From Paragordius varius (lineage: Eukaryota; Animalia; Nematomorpha), in the NCBI GenBank assembly GCA_964247055.1, contig OZ176051.1, forward strand, positions 13,516,001 through 13,580,000: a stretch of 64,000 bases of DNA, in the 5' to 3' direction. The position numbers and the translations under genes are program-made. This document shows positions 63,136 to 64,000 of the stretch, piece after piece. Position 1 is the stretch's first letter. Each line of letters opens with the position of its first letter. Below the pieces are notes generated by a model. It saw only the letters and a program-made list of their open reading frames with translations, did no database searches and was not told the DNA's origin.

Positions 63136-64000
63136 GAAAGTGTGTAAGTTTTTGGATTCCATATTATTGATAATTTATATATTGTAATGTTAGAGAATAG
63201 CCAATGCGTCTAATGTACACTGCGAGAAAGTTATGATGGAATTATTCAACGTTCCAAACAATGGCGACATTATGTTAATTAAGTTTTTTCGTAAAGGGCA
63301 GTTGTTGTCTTCATGATCGTGTCCTACGCCTAAACTAAAATCATAAATTTTAATTTAAAATCTGTAAATAATTTAATTAGAGTCTATATGCAAGTAAATT
63401 ATAAGTCTAGACAAAATAGACAGTATTAATTGATATTTTGATAATGATTGCCGCATGCACAGGGCGCCGAATAGGGGATTTTAATAATATACTGCTATAT
63501 ATTATACATACTGGTATATAATAGGATAATCATGATTAAGGCGCATATGATTTTAAATAAGTACCACTTTTGTGGATATTGGATAAAATGCATAATTTAC
63601 GGACAGTACACAGTGCACAAAATCGGGGGGATGTAAAAAATCAAAAAACTTTTATTCTGATAGATAAATGTATCAATGATAGTTTGCCAATTATGTGGTA
63701 ATCGTTCATATTAAAAAATCAAGAAATTTGGGCCCATTATGCCAAATATTACGTATTAACATATTTTTAAAGTCATATTCTTTTACAGCTTTTATTTGAT
63801 ATAAAGTGGACTACGTTTCGACCAGATATGGCGCAATTAGGAGGAGATTGAAAATAAACTTTTGAAATAACTGTAGGCCAAAAGCGCCATAAAAGCTACA
63901 TTTTACAGAATAAATTATAAATTTATAGTGCAAATATGAAACACTAGTTTCTAATTTATTTTATTGTCTAATCATTGTTCTTGTAATATATAATAAAGTA

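Overview
AT-rich eukaryotic nuclear DNA from an animal with the standard genetic code. The RPS27 protein is metazoan-type and TAA is used as a stop. A 23-nt spliceosomal intron coexists with introns up to ~4.4 kb, which hints at a derived or parasitic lineage (myxozoan, orthonectid/dicyemid or nematomorph are possibilities; the taxon cannot be fixed from this window). Host genes: a spliced RPS27; a 7-exon, ~940-aa low-complexity orphan gene (17163-26338, minus); a secreted Cys/Arg/Thr protein with a mucin-like tail; a signal-peptide gene carrying a proctolin-like RYLPT-KR motif; and two or three weaker small-gene candidates. Much of the remainder is transposon-derived: a full-length RTE LINE with a 19-bp TSD plus a decayed copy, a complete but frameshifted Ty3/gypsy element with 285-bp LTRs plus an older remnant, two TSD-bounded hAT elements, a PIF/Harbinger, a mariner relic, Penelope GIY-YIG fragments, piggyBac-like and Tc1/pogo-like MITEs, and TA-flanked foldback elements. 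The most striking structure is a perfect 245-bp inverted repeat (27407-27954). Each arm carries a minimal type I hammerhead ribozyme with a palindromic stem III, and a truncated third copy lies at ~15.3 kb. All calls were made by eye; no database searches or folding programs were run.
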